This document shows positions 23,692 through 35,995 of a DNA stretch of 64,000 nucleotides, one piece after another. Both the position numbers and the translations under genes were made by a program. The notes beneath the pieces were generated by a model. It made no database searches and had not been told where the DNA came from. It saw nothing but the letters and a program-made list of their open reading frames with translations. How positions within the stretch are numbered: the stretch's first letter is position 1; each line of letters opens with the position of its first letter. This DNA comes from Massalongia carnosa. Taxonomy: Eukaryota. Location of the stretch: contig OZ287069.1 in NCBI GenBank assembly GCA_965645245.1, forward strand, positions 744,001 through 808,000, read 5' to 3'.

Positions 23692-24773
23692 AACGTCTCG
23701 TCTGGCACGGACACTCGGCGGACACGAGAAAAGGGTACGGGACGGCGATCGACTCATACGAGGCATTCTGCGCGACGACGGGACGCACGTCGTGGCCTGC
23801 AACAACCGAGTCCCTCGAGGAATGGCTAGCCGGTCGACTATACGGGGGCGGCACACCCAAGCAGGGAAAGATAAAACCAGAGACGGCAGCGAGCTACCTC
23901 GCCGGCCTCAGATCATACCATGTAGACCGAGGATACGGCCTCACCCCATTCGAGGGGCCGAGACTTCAATTGATGCTGAAAGGGGGAAAAAGGATCTTTT
24001 CTCAGACAAAAAGAAGACGCCTACCCATTTCAAAAGAATTACTGACAAAAATCACCAGTATTCCCGCTCATTCGGCCGAAGACCTCAACATCGACGCGAC
24101 ATTCAAAGTTGCATGGGCAGGGTTCCTCAGACTCGGGGAAATCACCTACACTGTCGCCGATCGTAAGAAGACATCTTTTCAGAGATTGAAACCTACACGA
24201 GGTGACATCTCATTCGCCGAGAACGATCAATACGCGACATTACGTCTCAAAAGAAGCAAAACAGACACAAATCACTCAGGAGTTCAGATAGTGCTGGCAG
24301 CGACCAATGAGAGCACTTGCCCCGTGACAGCACTACGGCGTCTTTTCAGAAATGATCCTCAGCCATCTACATCCCCGCTTTTTCGTCTCGGCACCGCATT
24401 CACCAGAGCCTCCGTCATAGCATCCCTGAAAAAGAGACTGATAGCCGTCGGCATCAACGACTCGGCATACTCGGGACACAGCTTCAGAAAAGGAGCAGCA
24501 CAACACGCCGCCGACCACGGGATGCTGGATGAGAGTATTCAGAGACTCGGAAGATGGTCATCAAACGCGTTTCAGCTATACTTTCAGACGTCCCAGGCCT
24601 CACTATTCAATTTGAACCTCAGTTTTCAAAAAGGCATCCCTCTAGCAGTCCCACGTGCTGTCGTCGCCGAGACGAATCCTACAAACTCCTACCCCTACTC
24701 AATTGGGCATTCCATTGGGCGTACAGGTCAACCAGGGCATCGATCCGGAGCGCCGCCGGGCACCTCCATCTAG
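23610..24773 (+). CDS. Tyrosine recombinase (phage-integrase family) of the retroelement
   Basis: Catalytic motifs GFLRLGE (R), LKRSKTD (K), SGHSFRKGAA (HxxR), LGRW and FQLY (Y). No ATG upstream of the N-terminal domain; the ORF-track start is TTG. Confidence 0.92.
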   Translation: MPSLAEPIQFDEPPSTYLSSTPGSALVKRLVWHGHSADTRKGYGTAIDSYEAFCATTGRTSWPATTESLEEWLAGRLYGGGTPKQGKIKPETAASYLAGLRSYHVDRGYGLTPFEGPRLQLMLKGGKRIFSQTKRRRLPISKELLTKITSIPAHSAEDLNIDATFKVAWAGFLRLGEITYTVADRKKTSFQRLKPTRGDISFAENDQYATLRLKRSKTDTNHSGVQIVLAATNESTCPVTALRRLFRNDPQPSTSPLFRLGTAFTRASVIASLKKRLIAVGINDSAYSGHSFRKGAAQHAADHGMLDESIQRLGRWSSNAFQLYFQTSQASLFNLNLSFQKGIPLAVPRAVVAETNPTNSYPYSIGHSIGRTGQPGHRSGAPPGTSI

Positions 24774-24931
24774 ATCATCGCCGTCGGGCACTGCCGTCGG
24801 GCATCATCTATCGGATCGTTGAGCGTCAGCAGACGCCTCGGGCCTAGAAGATGAGGTTCTCACCTCAGCACCGACCCCGAGTCACGTGCCTAGGCCTGCC
24901 CGGGCTGACCTGTGTCGTTCCCATGCCCAAT
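24702..24931 (+). other. Predicted multibranched secondary structure at the retroelement 3' end
   Basis: Nested complementary segments read by hand: 24702-24710/24923-24931, 24717-24739/24897-24920, 24741-24747/24812-24818, 24823-24827/24832-24836, 24841-24847/24890-24896, 24852-24857/24862-24867, 24868-24871/24886-24889. Confidence 0.7.
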
Positions 24932-25306
24932 CAAATTCAAGCATTCAAATCAATTCATCCAATTAAAAGCCCCCCCAGCGCAAGCGAAGGTAACGGCACC
25001 GATAAGGGTCATAGAACGTAGCGTTATTGACTAATGCAGGAGACACTCTTCATTACACCCCATCTTTAATATTCTTCATATACCTCTAGTAGTCGAAAGA
25101 AATGTCCTTGAAACTGCGAGGTTCATACTTCAGCAATTTACCCTTCTTTCAAATCCCACTCTGATAAAGTATCTGTAGATATATGTTGACTCTCATAATC
25201 CGCAGCAGGTGATCCAAGGCCCAACATTAAATCGAGTTACGTACCTCAAATTAGATGGTTTTTAGGTGTAGAGATGTATCGAAACATCAACCTCGACATT
25301 CCTGGG

Positions 25307-27645
25307 CTAATTCCATTTCTCGTCCAAGTCTGGTCTTTTCCTTACTAAGACCTCCCCCACTGGGTCACCCTTTCCTTTCAAAACCTCCCATTGCCCAATT
25401 CCCAATTCTTTCGGCGCCTTTTTGACGCCTCGACCCCCACCGCCAATGATCAGATTACCTGGCCTGTAGGTTTCGTCCGCTTCCATACGTCTGATGGCGG
25501 AGTTATGAATCTTAGCGTTGTGGGGAATATCTCTCGGCTCGCCCATCGGTAGTCTACACAGCGTGGCGTTTCAGGGTCAGCTAGCATACTTGAAAGGTGT
25601 GATCATAGCCTCTGGTCAAGATCAGCAGAGGCTCTCCACTTACGGGAAGGTAATAGCCCGCCAGGAGCCATCAGGTTGGAGATCCATTCTACGGAAAGGT
25701 AAATATTCCATCGTCTTCCAGGAGAGGACTGACATCGCTGGCAGTCCGTTTTTAAATTCCAGACAGTCGTGGAGCATCCCTTTAGTTGCCGACTTGTACA
25801 TGCATCTGTGGAATTCGGATTGCTTTGGCTCTTCGGGCTTCATTCCAGGTGCCCATCCTGGTTGTGGGGTTTCGGACTTAGGGCTTTCGTAGATGTTGGG
25901 GTTAGAAGAGCTCGTAACCTGAACTTCTGGGATCCCGGGATCCCGTGCTCGGGTCGATTCATAGGAATCAGACCAATCGTTGTATTTGTCATCGCAGCAT
26001 TTGAGCCGGATCATCTTTTCACGATCAAAGTCAAGGCCTGCTCTTTGAGCTTCTCTTACCATCCACACCAAAGGTGCATGGCTCAGAGCGAATTCCTCAT
26101 TTGTGGATAAAGGCCATCCTCCACCCAAGTCCGCATGACATCCGGGGAACCAAAGTTCCTCAATATCTTGCTCGGCGGCCTCATCGGCATCGGCTTCATC
26201 CTCCAGGGGCCTTGGAGGTGCGATAGAAAGTTGTGAGGTGTCAGAGTTGATGGAAGACGCATCTCCATCTTCCCCGTATGCTAGACTCAACGTTCTCTCT
26301 CGACTCTTCGCTGGAGAGCTCTGACGAGGCGCCAGCCGGCCTTCTTCATCTGGAACACTCAATCGAGAGTTGAGCGGTTTGTTTTTTTCCGGAGTAGGCC
26401 GAGCCTGGCTTGGTCTACGAAAGCGATCAGTAGTGCTGGTAGCATTTCCACGGTCTGGGGTTCGACCGCCATTTCTCTGGTGCTGTTCCTGGTTTCCATC
26501 CTGATGGTGCTTATGATGGTGACGATGAGTCTTGGTCGGTTTCGATTCTCCAAGCAAATCTTGTCGGAATTTCGCTCTGCGCTCGTCGATGCTCACAGCA
26601 TGCCGGATCACCCGTGCTGAGCTCCTCACGCTATATGGAAATTTGCTCCTCTGCATCCAGGCATTTTCAAATCGAGGAACGCTGTTGACTGATCTGACGG
26701 TTAGGTGGACCTGGTGCTACGAAAGAACATGGCATACCAGTATCAAAAAGCCCTATGAATCGAATTCTCCTAACAGGGCGAGAAAATGTATCACCTTTAG
26801 GTATCAGATTAGTCTTTTAAGTTGATGCAGTGGCCTTGAAAGATGCTTACGGAACGCCTGCATGAAAGTAAACATAGTCTTTTTCTTCTTCGCTTCCTCT
26901 TCCGTTCCGTCTTGTCTTTCCTGCCACTGAGAGAAAGCCTTCCACGCAAATCTCGCCATTTCTTCATTTCCGGCGCTGAGCAAACCGACATGATCCAGCA
27001 TCTCTGCCAGAAACCGCGCTACATAAGCACCTCGGCTGAATCCAAATAAAAAGATATCATCATCGTGGTAAGTCGCCATCAAAAATTTATACGCTGTTCC
27101 TTGCTCAGCTCAAGGGCTTCCCCAACTCTCGATCGCGGCATCATACCTCCCATCACATGTTCATCTAAAGATGTTCCGACGGCCGAATCTTTGGCTTTCT
27201 GATACCATGAGTTGAATCGTGCGGCCACACTCGTGTGGGAGATGGACCTTGTGTTAACGTAGGTCCCAATGCCCGGCTGTAAGAATGAGATGCAATGCTG
27301 GTCAATAAAGCGTCATTATATTTACCTGGTAGTAATGCTTATCGAAGCCGTTGTTTCTATCTAGCATTCGATATATCTTTAGTATATTGCTATCCGCATC
27401 GGTCCCTATTCAACTGTTTAGAACCGCTCCATAATGTTTGTTTTTTTATACAAGATCGCTAATACCTTGGAACTTGTTGCCTGTCCCATCGAAGCAGAGA
27501 ATAATCTTTATCACTGGATCAGTCTTTGCTCGCGATGAAACCCGTCCTGTGACCGATATACCTTTTTGCGAGGGCGAAACGGCCCATAAGCTTGGTTCGT
27601 TGCCCCTCCCCCAAGGTTCTCATGGCTCTCGCGTTGGGCTTGCAT
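25307..27645 (-). CDS. DUF2235 (Tle1-like alpha/beta hydrolase) protein
   Basis: Multi-exon: RPRKK / IILCFDGTGNKF, IFLFGFSRGAYVARFLAEML, RHAVSIDERRAKF, ELWFPGCHADLGGG, IHNSAIRRM. Confidence 0.88.
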
Positions 27646-29486
27646 CGTAAGCTATATAAAGGTAGACTTTTGCGTAGAAATCTAAGCATTCAAAACGTCG
27701 GCTGTGAGGATGGAGGAAAAGCTAGTGCATAGGTATAGAGTAGATAAGACGCTTCGGCTCATCTCGACCGGAACGACGAGATAGCTTCACTTCGCTGTAG
27801 TGAATGTGCATGCCATTGTGCGCTCTCCGAGGAGAGACATCCAAATCTGCAGTCTCCTACGCTAGCCATCATGACCTACCTACATGCATGCATTAAGGGT
27901 CTTAAAGTTCGTGAGTCGAGCGGGTTGGGGGAGCAAAGAAGACACATTGCACCACAAGTCCAGAGTACGAGTACTCTGTCCCGAGCGCCTTGGCGGGGTC
28001 TAGATCATCTGGCTTATTCGTCGAATATGAACGATGACCTCAGATTTGCCATGGGTTGGGGCTAAGCGGCGTAAAGCCCCATGTCTTCCATCGTCCACTC
28101 GCCAATGAATCGGACTGGAGATATGAAATGGGATTGAGCTTAGTGTCAATTAGATTGGGGACTGGCATGTGATTAGTTTCCAGATCGATTGCCTTGCATC
28201 TTGATGCCAGGTTTGCCAGGCGTCGAAGAAAATATCAGATAGGCTGGTAGGGTGTGATTCGATAAGGGTTTCAGAACTATCAAACCACAAGGGTCAGCCG
28301 GATAAGGGAAGGCTAGGGGAATTCAGCGGGTCGTGAGATGCTTTAGGTAAATGATATCAAGGTTTAAGGGGATTGTCCACTCACCGTTGGATGTTAAGAT
28401 TGATGGCGTTATTAGCTGGATGCTACGATAGAATGAATGCCCGCTACCTAGCCGTGCTAGCGTGCTAGCCTTTTCAGATTCATCGCCGGCGGTCCAATGC
28501 GTAACTTTCGCTGGTCGTAACGGGACGGAACGCTAGTGAATAAGCTCAACGACACTTGCACCTCGATTGTAACCTTGCATTTATTTTGCTCTCCTAGTCT
28601 CCAAAAGTTAACGCAGTGTGAGTTCATTTACCCCGCTTTGATAGTTGAGTTCAAAGGCCGTAGCTGAGGTTCAGAGTACAGAGTCTATAACTTACCTGTC
28701 ACCCATGTTGCTTTCAGTCTGCAGCACAAGCTGCGGGTCTGCATCAATGACCGCTGAGTTCGGCCGAGTTTTTTGTCTAGCAGTACTCCGTACTCCGTAC
28801 TTGATACTCTGTAGAGTAGCGGAACAGGATCAAACGCAAGAATCATGTACCGAAAGAAACCAATAGCACTCCCGCCCTTCCAAGATTTCCCCATCCTCAA
28901 AGCGCACAAATGGCGGGCACTAAAAGACTCTTGAGAGCACGGAGTAACGAAGTACGACAACTTTCAACCTTCACCACCAAAGCCCCTCCTCCACCCCTGC
29001 CAATTTAGCTGGCCGCTGTAGGCTCCATCATCAAAATCCAGTACCCCATTGGTTGGAGCTGAAATTCTCAAATGGAATGTTTCCTAACGTGTAGAAATCG
29101 CGTCCAGACTCCAGCCAGCCATGGCCAGCGCGGCGGACGCCTTCAAGCATGGCGATCATTATTTACCATCCAATCATCCTAGATGGAAACTCCAATCGGA
29201 TTCAATTTATGCGAGAAAGGCGCTTTTGAATGCGCATTAGCATCATCACTAGCGTCTCGAGAAGCTTCAGTCGTACATTTTAGACATGTTTTAGCCCGAA
29301 GTTTCCATGCCACTTGTTAAGAAGCTACAATTGCATCACTCTATCTCTCTTCTCCGAGTTACCCCGTCATGAGCTGAAGCAGTACAGAGAGTATCTGCCT
29401 TAAGTTTCTCTACGTTCGATCACATTTTCGTCTCTAACTATTGTCTCCTTTCCCATACCTTTCCTTCATAGTTCCGTGTTGAAATC

Positions 29487-32400
29487 ATGCTCCGAAAAAT
29501 TTCTTCTAAATTCAACAAGGGAAAGAAGGAAGGGACCAATGAGCAAACCAATGGCCAAAGTAATGGGCAAACCAACGGTCAGGACAATAATGCTGGAAGA
29601 GTCGAACTCGGACGAAAGAGAAGCTCCTTCATTCCACAGAAGAAGGAGAAGGAGAAGGAGAAGGAGCAGGTAGACCACTCTGCGAGTCGAGGTGACGTGG
29701 AAAGTTCCTTTCACAAATTTGCTCAATTGATTCATGCTTCGCGGCGCCCACTGCCCTCACAATCTGGCGATGGCGCATATCTTGATCATGCTGTCCCTAG
29801 CGGTCTTATGCAGGATCTTAAGAGCATTGGGTTCAAGGATGTTGGGACCCTCATGGAGGTCATAAAGAGTAAGGCAAGTGGGCAGCTTCAGGACGATAAG
29901 ACCTACATGATGGAGCGCGTCATACAGGTAAGTAGGTTCAAGGACTCGTTCATTATCGATTTATAACCTGCAATAGCTTGTCAGCGGCCTTCCTCCATTA
30001 TCCAAGACTAGGGTAGACCTGACAAACTCTTTCATCGACGAGCTTTGGAATTCCCTTCAGCATCCGCCACTGAGCTACCTTGGAGACAAACATGCCTATC
30101 GTTCAGCCGATGGCTCATTCAACGTAAGGCGACATCAGAAAAATGATGACTCACTTCTAATACTTCCAGAATATCATGTACCCACACTTGGGAGCTGCAA
30201 ATACTCCTTATGCTCGTTCTGTGCAACCCAATCTTCTCACTCGGGGCGCGCTGCCAGACCCAGGCCTAATATTCGATAGCGTTATGAATCGAGATGTTTT
30301 TACGCCGCATCCTAATAAAGTCTCAAGTGTATTTTTCTACTGGGCTTCGTTGATCATCCACGATCTCTTTCAAACCGATCATCGAGATTTCAACAATTCT
30401 CAAACCTCCTCTTATCTCGATTTGTCAACACTCTATGGCGATGTTCAAGAAGACCAGGATAACGTAAGGACATTCAAGGATGGTAAACTAAAGCCAGACT
30501 GTTTTTCCGAAGCAAGGCTCTTGAGTTTCCCTCCCGGGTGTGGAGTCCTACTGATTATGCTTAATCGGTGAGTAACGTGTCACTTCTCACATGATATCAT
30601 CTAAGTTGCATTAGCTTCCATAATTATGTTGTCGAACAGCTCGCTATTGTCAATGAAAATGGGCGATTCACCAAACCCTCCAATGTGCTACCGCAGGAGA
30701 TGGCAGACAAGGCCTGGGCTAAGTATGATAATGATTTATTCCAAACCGGAAGGCTTGTCACTTGTGGATTATACATCGTAAGAGTTTTTGCCATGCTTTG
30801 AATTAGTCTATATGCTTATTGATTTAGAACATCACTTTGTACGATTACTTAAGAACAATTATAAACCTCAATCGCAGGTGAGTACTTCCGAATGGATTAC
30901 TGAAGATCAAATCTTAACCCCTAATCTGTCAGCAATACTACATGGACTTTGGTAATCGCTCCCTATGAGTGTTCTGGCCTCAGCTAATATCTTCAAGGAT
31001 CCGCGCGTAGCAATGGATAAATCATTCGGTACGTACGCTGGCAATATTAGATTTCATAAGGTCTGACGGAACTGTTAGCCCATGATGGGACACCCAGAGG
31101 TGTCGGTAACCAGGTCTCTGCAGAATTTGCGATTGCATATCGCTGGCACTCTTGCATTAGTGATAAGGACGATAAGTGGACCCAAAATTTGTACAGAGAG
31201 TTATTTGGCAAGAACGCAGAAGAGGTATCAATGACGGAGCTCCTTCAAGGATTGGGGAAATGGGAACACAGTTTAAACAAAGACCCTCAAAAGCGACCTT
31301 TTGCGAGATTGCAAAGGGACGCAAACGGAAAATTCTCCGATGATGACCTCGCTCGCATTCTGACCGAGTCCGTCGAGGATACAGCTGGTAAGTTCTCACC
31401 AGTACTTCGTATTAGGGTGAGACTTGGGAGCTGATGATCGTAAAGGCGCCTTTGGCGCGAATAACATTCCCACCTGTCTCAAAGCTGTCACTATACTTGG
31501 TATGCAGCAAGCCAGAAGTAAGTCCTCAGGATGACCATTGACTAAAACATGTTCTCGAGCTCCAGCTGATAATATGAACAGAATGGGGTCTGGGTTCTTT
31601 GAATGAGTTTCGAAAATTTTTCCAATTGAAGACTTACGATACGTTTGAAGAAATAAATCCTAACCAGGTGGATATCTGCGTTTATGCTCCTCAAACTTCA
31701 AAGCTTACGAGTTTACGCAGGATGTGGCTGATCAACTCCGCCACCTATACGAGCATCCGGATTTTGTCGAGTTATACCCAGGCCTGGTTGCCGAAGAGGC
31801 CAAAAAACCCATGGTTCCTGGCGTGGGCATTGCTCCCACATTTACAATTTCAAGAGCTGTGCTATCGGACGCAGTGGCTCTCGTCCGTGGCGACAGGTTT
31901 TACACAGTAAGCAGTTTAGCTAGAATATCTGGCCTATCAACCTAATGTCTCATAGATCGACTATCATCCTAAAGGTTTGACCAATTGGGGCTATTCTGAA
32001 GTGCAGTACGATCTGAACATTAACCAAGGCTGGTAAATCACTTTCTGATCTAGAAGCTTCATACCCTCAACGAAAACTAATTGGCTTTTAGCGTTTTTTA
32101 CAAACTCGCCTTGAGAACTCTTCCCAACCATTTCAAGCCAAACTCTATATATGTGCATTATCCGATGACAATTCCGAGCGAGAATCGAAAGATTATGCAG
32201 GACTTGGGACGAGAGGATCAGTATTCTTGGGACAAGCCTGCCCCGATCCCACCAAGAGTGGATCTGATGTCTTACGTTGGAGCTAAGTACATATTAGAGC
32301 ACGGCCAGGAATTTAACGTGACGTGGGGTGAGGCTACGGCGTTGTTTATGGGGAAAGAAGGTTGGAATTTCATGCTCAGCGGTGACAAACCTCTCCATGC

Positions 32401-33686
32401 GAAGCAAAGACAGATTATGGGCGCATCTCTCTACAGGGAAAACTGGCATCAACATGTCAAGGAATTTTATGAGCACATCACGCTCAAGCTGTTGAGAGAT
32501 CACTCCTGTAAGATTGCTGGAATCAATCAAGTCGATATAACGCGAGAGTGAGTTCCTCTATTTCACTTCATGTCCTACGGCTAACAAGACCAAAAGCGTC
32601 GGTAATATTGCTCATGTCCATTTCGCCGCCGCCATGTTCTCTCTTCCATTGAAAACGGAGGACAACCCTCGGGGTGTCTACTCGGAGCAGGAACTGTACA
32701 TGGTGCTTGCCATTCTCTTTGTCGGGATCTTTTTCGACCTCGACCCGGTGAAATCCTTTCCCTTGCGCATGGCGGCAAAAGCTGTAACCCAGCAACTTGG
32801 AAAGCTCGTGGAGATGAACGTAAGTTCCGTGAACATGACAGGTTGGATTTCTGGCATTGTGGATGGGATGCGGGAAGAACATGGTGCCCTGGCAGACTAC
32901 GGCGTCCACATGATTAGACGACTACTCGACAGCGGAATGGGAGTGAGCGAGGCCACTTGGTCGCAGATTGTGCCTACTGCAGGAGCTATGGTTGCTAACC
33001 AAGCGGAGGTGGTATGGTCATGGATAACCCGAAATCCTCCTTATCGCTGACCGTTTCTAGTTCACTCAACTACTCGACTACTATCTCACCGAGGAAGGAA
33101 AGGTTCATCTGCCAGAGATCAACCGCCTTGCCAAGCTGGATACCCCCGAGGCTGATGAGAAGATACTTCGCTACGCTATGGAAGGTATTCGACTCAATGG
33201 GACCTTTGGCTCTTACCGCGAATCCACCGTTGAGACAACTGTCGATGATGGAGGCCGCTCAGTCAAAGTCAAGCCTGGAGACAAAGTCTTCGTCAGCTTC
33301 GTCGGTGCCAACCGGGAAGCTAAGTATTTCCCCGACCCGGATAGAGTTCGGATCGATCGACCCATGGAGAACTATATCCACTATGGCCTCGGACCGCATG
33401 CATGTCTCGGCGGAGAAGCCAGCCGAGTCGCATTGACAGTCATGCTCAAGGTCGTGGGTCGGCTTGACAATTTGCGACGAGCACCTGGACCGTCGGGCCA
33501 ACTCAAGAAAATCCCCCGGCCTGGAGGATTCTACATTTACATGCGAGCTGATCACGGAAGTTATTTTCCATTCCCAACCAGTATGTAGATATCTTCATCG
33601 GAAAAGGCTGGAAGCAATGCTGACTTGGTATTATAGCCATGAAAGTCAACTGGGATGGGGAGTTGCCGCCATTGAAGACAAAGTGA
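29487..33686 (+). CDS. ppoC: Fatty-acid dioxygenase-cytochrome P450 fusion, PpoC/10R-dioxygenase clade
   Basis: Many introns. Heme-peroxidase domain (HPPLSYLG, KVSSVFFYWASLIIHDLFQTD, YRWH, ELYPGL, LVRGDRF) plus P450 domain (EGIR, HYGLGPHACLG). N-terminus MLRKISSKF..HASRRPLPSQSGDGAYL resembles PpoC rather than PpoA. Confidence 0.85.
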
Positions 33687-34843
33687 TTGGCGTTCCTGTA
33701 TTACTGAATGAGGGATCTTCAAATGAATGGGAGGAGGTTGCTTTTATATCGTTCACCATGTCCTCGTCCATGGTAATATTGTTCGGCTACGACCGATATC
33801 TGACTGTCTTTACTACCGCATTGGGCTGATTTTGTTGGATAGCTATACCCCCGAGCTTAGCTTAGCTTACTTAGCAGCGAGTTAAATAACCTTTACGTCG
33901 TAACCGACAGGCCTGTGACGGAATCGTCGCTTTGCTATGATGTGGCTCTCAGGAGATAGGTAAGTAGGTTGGTTGAGTCGATAATGACTGTTTTGGGTCG
34001 GGACGACGCGGTAATTCTTCCCTCACCCACACTTTGTTGAGGTAGATTTAGCGTTAGCACGGAGGAGGTATAGTATTGGTCAACACGAGGGTTACTAGGA
34101 TGACGTAGTTCATATAGTCATGGGTATCCTTGAAGGTCTGCGTACTGAAACGATCCTTTCATTGTCTAGGTATTTTGTTTCAATAGATTAAACAACGCAA
34201 TACATACATCGTGACGACTGAATGAAATGGTTGATATTTGCTTTCCTCGAAAGAAGGAAGGCGCCGCCTTCGAAAAAAGAAAATAAAAAAGACTGAAGGA
34301 ATTGAATCTTTAAAATACCCTATAAATACCCGTAAATACCCACAAATACCCATACGTAAGTATCTCCTACGCGGCCTCACAAAACAGTTTGAAACCAACA
34401 AATCATCCCACTCTCATGTTATTTGACGCCAACTCATCATCCTCATCCTCGTTAACTTTCCTTCATCCTCTTTCTCTTCTCTACAATACGACAATTTTAA
34501 CTGATCAACCGATTGAAGGTTCTCATTGCCATTATCAGAAGTCGTTCGGTAGTTTTAGATCGAACGGCATCGGCGATCATAAGATTGACACTCACCCGGT
34601 TTAAGTTAGGTCTCCGTTGTGCTTGGTTCACGCCTCACCCGCCGTCGCCCCACGAAAGGACGAAGGCCAACCAGTGACAGCCGCGTATTTCGATCATCCT
34701 TAATCTATTCCGCCAATCACACGCTTCTGACTGGTGCTGAACTGCGGAAGGGGATAATCACTTACTAGAGACTTTGCATCCAAAGGCAGCCACACATCGG
34801 CTGATGCAAGCCACATTTCGGTCAAGCCCGGCTTTCAACCACG

Positions 34844-35995
34844 ATGGCATCGTCATCGTCATCATTGCCGTCCCGGTTTCTTTCTTGCGATAATCCCACC
34901 CGTCTATCGGAAACATCCAGGCTACATGTCGTTGCGGAATCCAACAGTTCTCCCACAGTGCTTACAAGTTCGGGAAACCGTCGACATACCCTTGAGCAAA
35001 AAATCGCAAAACCCATACCCTTGGCCTTAGCGAGAAAGAGTGTTGGAGATCGGCGTGCACATGCCCCACTTCGGATTGATTTGAAGGTGCACCTAACGAC
35101 TACCAAGGAGCCCAATGACGACAACGAAAATCCTTCACCAACAGGTGCACCAGAAGGTTTTCACTCGTGTTCAGCTCCTATTCCCATCCCACTCCCGAGT
35201 CGCCAGAACCATCCAAAAGTGACCACTCCATTAACCGCACGAGAACCAAAAGGCGGACATTTCCCCTTTGTCGCACTCTCTCCGACTGAGCCTCAGATCA
35301 ACCAATCAGTCCAGTCAAATGAAAGCGAATATCTTGGATCTTCTTGTCGAATCGAACATTTTCCCAGCACGCAAACCTCAAAGATAACGAGTTTCCCCAA
35401 GAGACCAATGAGCATGCATGATCAGCCATCACCTTTCCATAAGCCGTCGCCACACATCCAGCCTCCCTTACCTCTATCGCCTCCGCAACCTATGAATCAT
35501 AACCCTCACCTTCCGCAGCGGGCGGGACGAGACTTGCAACTGAAGGCGCTTCCCCGATTCCACCCCGCCAATTACCAATCATCCGACTCCAGCTCCTTCA
35601 ATTCTCGGGGCTCGCGGCTAAGTTTATCTCAGCGCCAAGTCTCCGAAGCTCGGGAAAAGCTTCACCAGTACCAACGCGACCTTATTACCAATGCCACGAA
35701 GACCTCTGGCTCTCTCATCTCACAAAGCCTAGCAGGAAAGCCAAGCCCTCCTCGCTTATATCCGCGGGAAAGCCCTGGACCAGTGACGCCAATGATGTTG
35801 GAAGCGCCGGCCGATTATTTAATGGCTGGGTCTACACCTTTTCCGCAAGCCTTGTCGCCTGGTGAAGGGAGGGAATTTGTGGAAAGGCTTGTCCGAGAGG
35901 AAAATGAGCGGATGAGTCACCCAGGAAAGCGCAGCGGGAACAAATCTCCTGCTGTGAGTCCCGCCGGGGGACATGGACAAGGCATTGTGTCTTGA
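34844..35995 (+). CDS. Pro/Ser-rich hypothetical protein (start uncertain)
   Basis: 383-aa ORF; C-terminal half (LPRFHPANY, KPSPPRL..SPGPVTPMMLE..DYL) looks like a conserved fungal protein of unknown function. Confidence 0.6.
   Translation: MASSSSSLPSRFLSCDNPTRLSETSRLHVVAESNSSPTVLTSSGNRRHTLEQKIAKPIPLALARKSVGDRRAHAPLRIDLKVHLTTTKEPNDDNENPSPTGAPEGFHSCSAPIPIPLPSRQNHPKVTTPLTAREPKGGHFPFVALSPTEPQINQSVQSNESEYLGSSCRIEHFPSTQTSKITSFPKRPMSMHDQPSPFHKPSPHIQPPLPLSPPQPMNHNPHLPQRAGRDLQLKALPRFHPANYQSSDSSSFNSRGSRLSLSQRQVSEAREKLHQYQRDLITNATKTSGSLISQSLAGKPSPPRLYPRESPGPVTPMMLEAPADYLMAGSTPFPQALSPGEGREFVERLVREENERMSHPGKRSGNKSPAVSPAGGHGQGIVS

Larger units (their letters stand above)
20693..24995 (+). mobile_element. 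Tyrosine-recombinase retrotransposon (DIRS/Ngaro-like): gag, RT-RNase H, YR
   Basis: ORF order gag (CCCH+CCHC), RT (YLDD), RNase H, tyrosine recombinase. Ends are inferred from GTCACG (20693-20698) and GTAACG (24990-24995); an alternative right end is the second GTCACGTG at 24881-24888. Confidence 0.9.

Noticed and set aside
24841..24896. Three-way junction as a hammerhead ribozyme
   Set aside because: No CUGANGA and GAAA core in the right positions on either strand.
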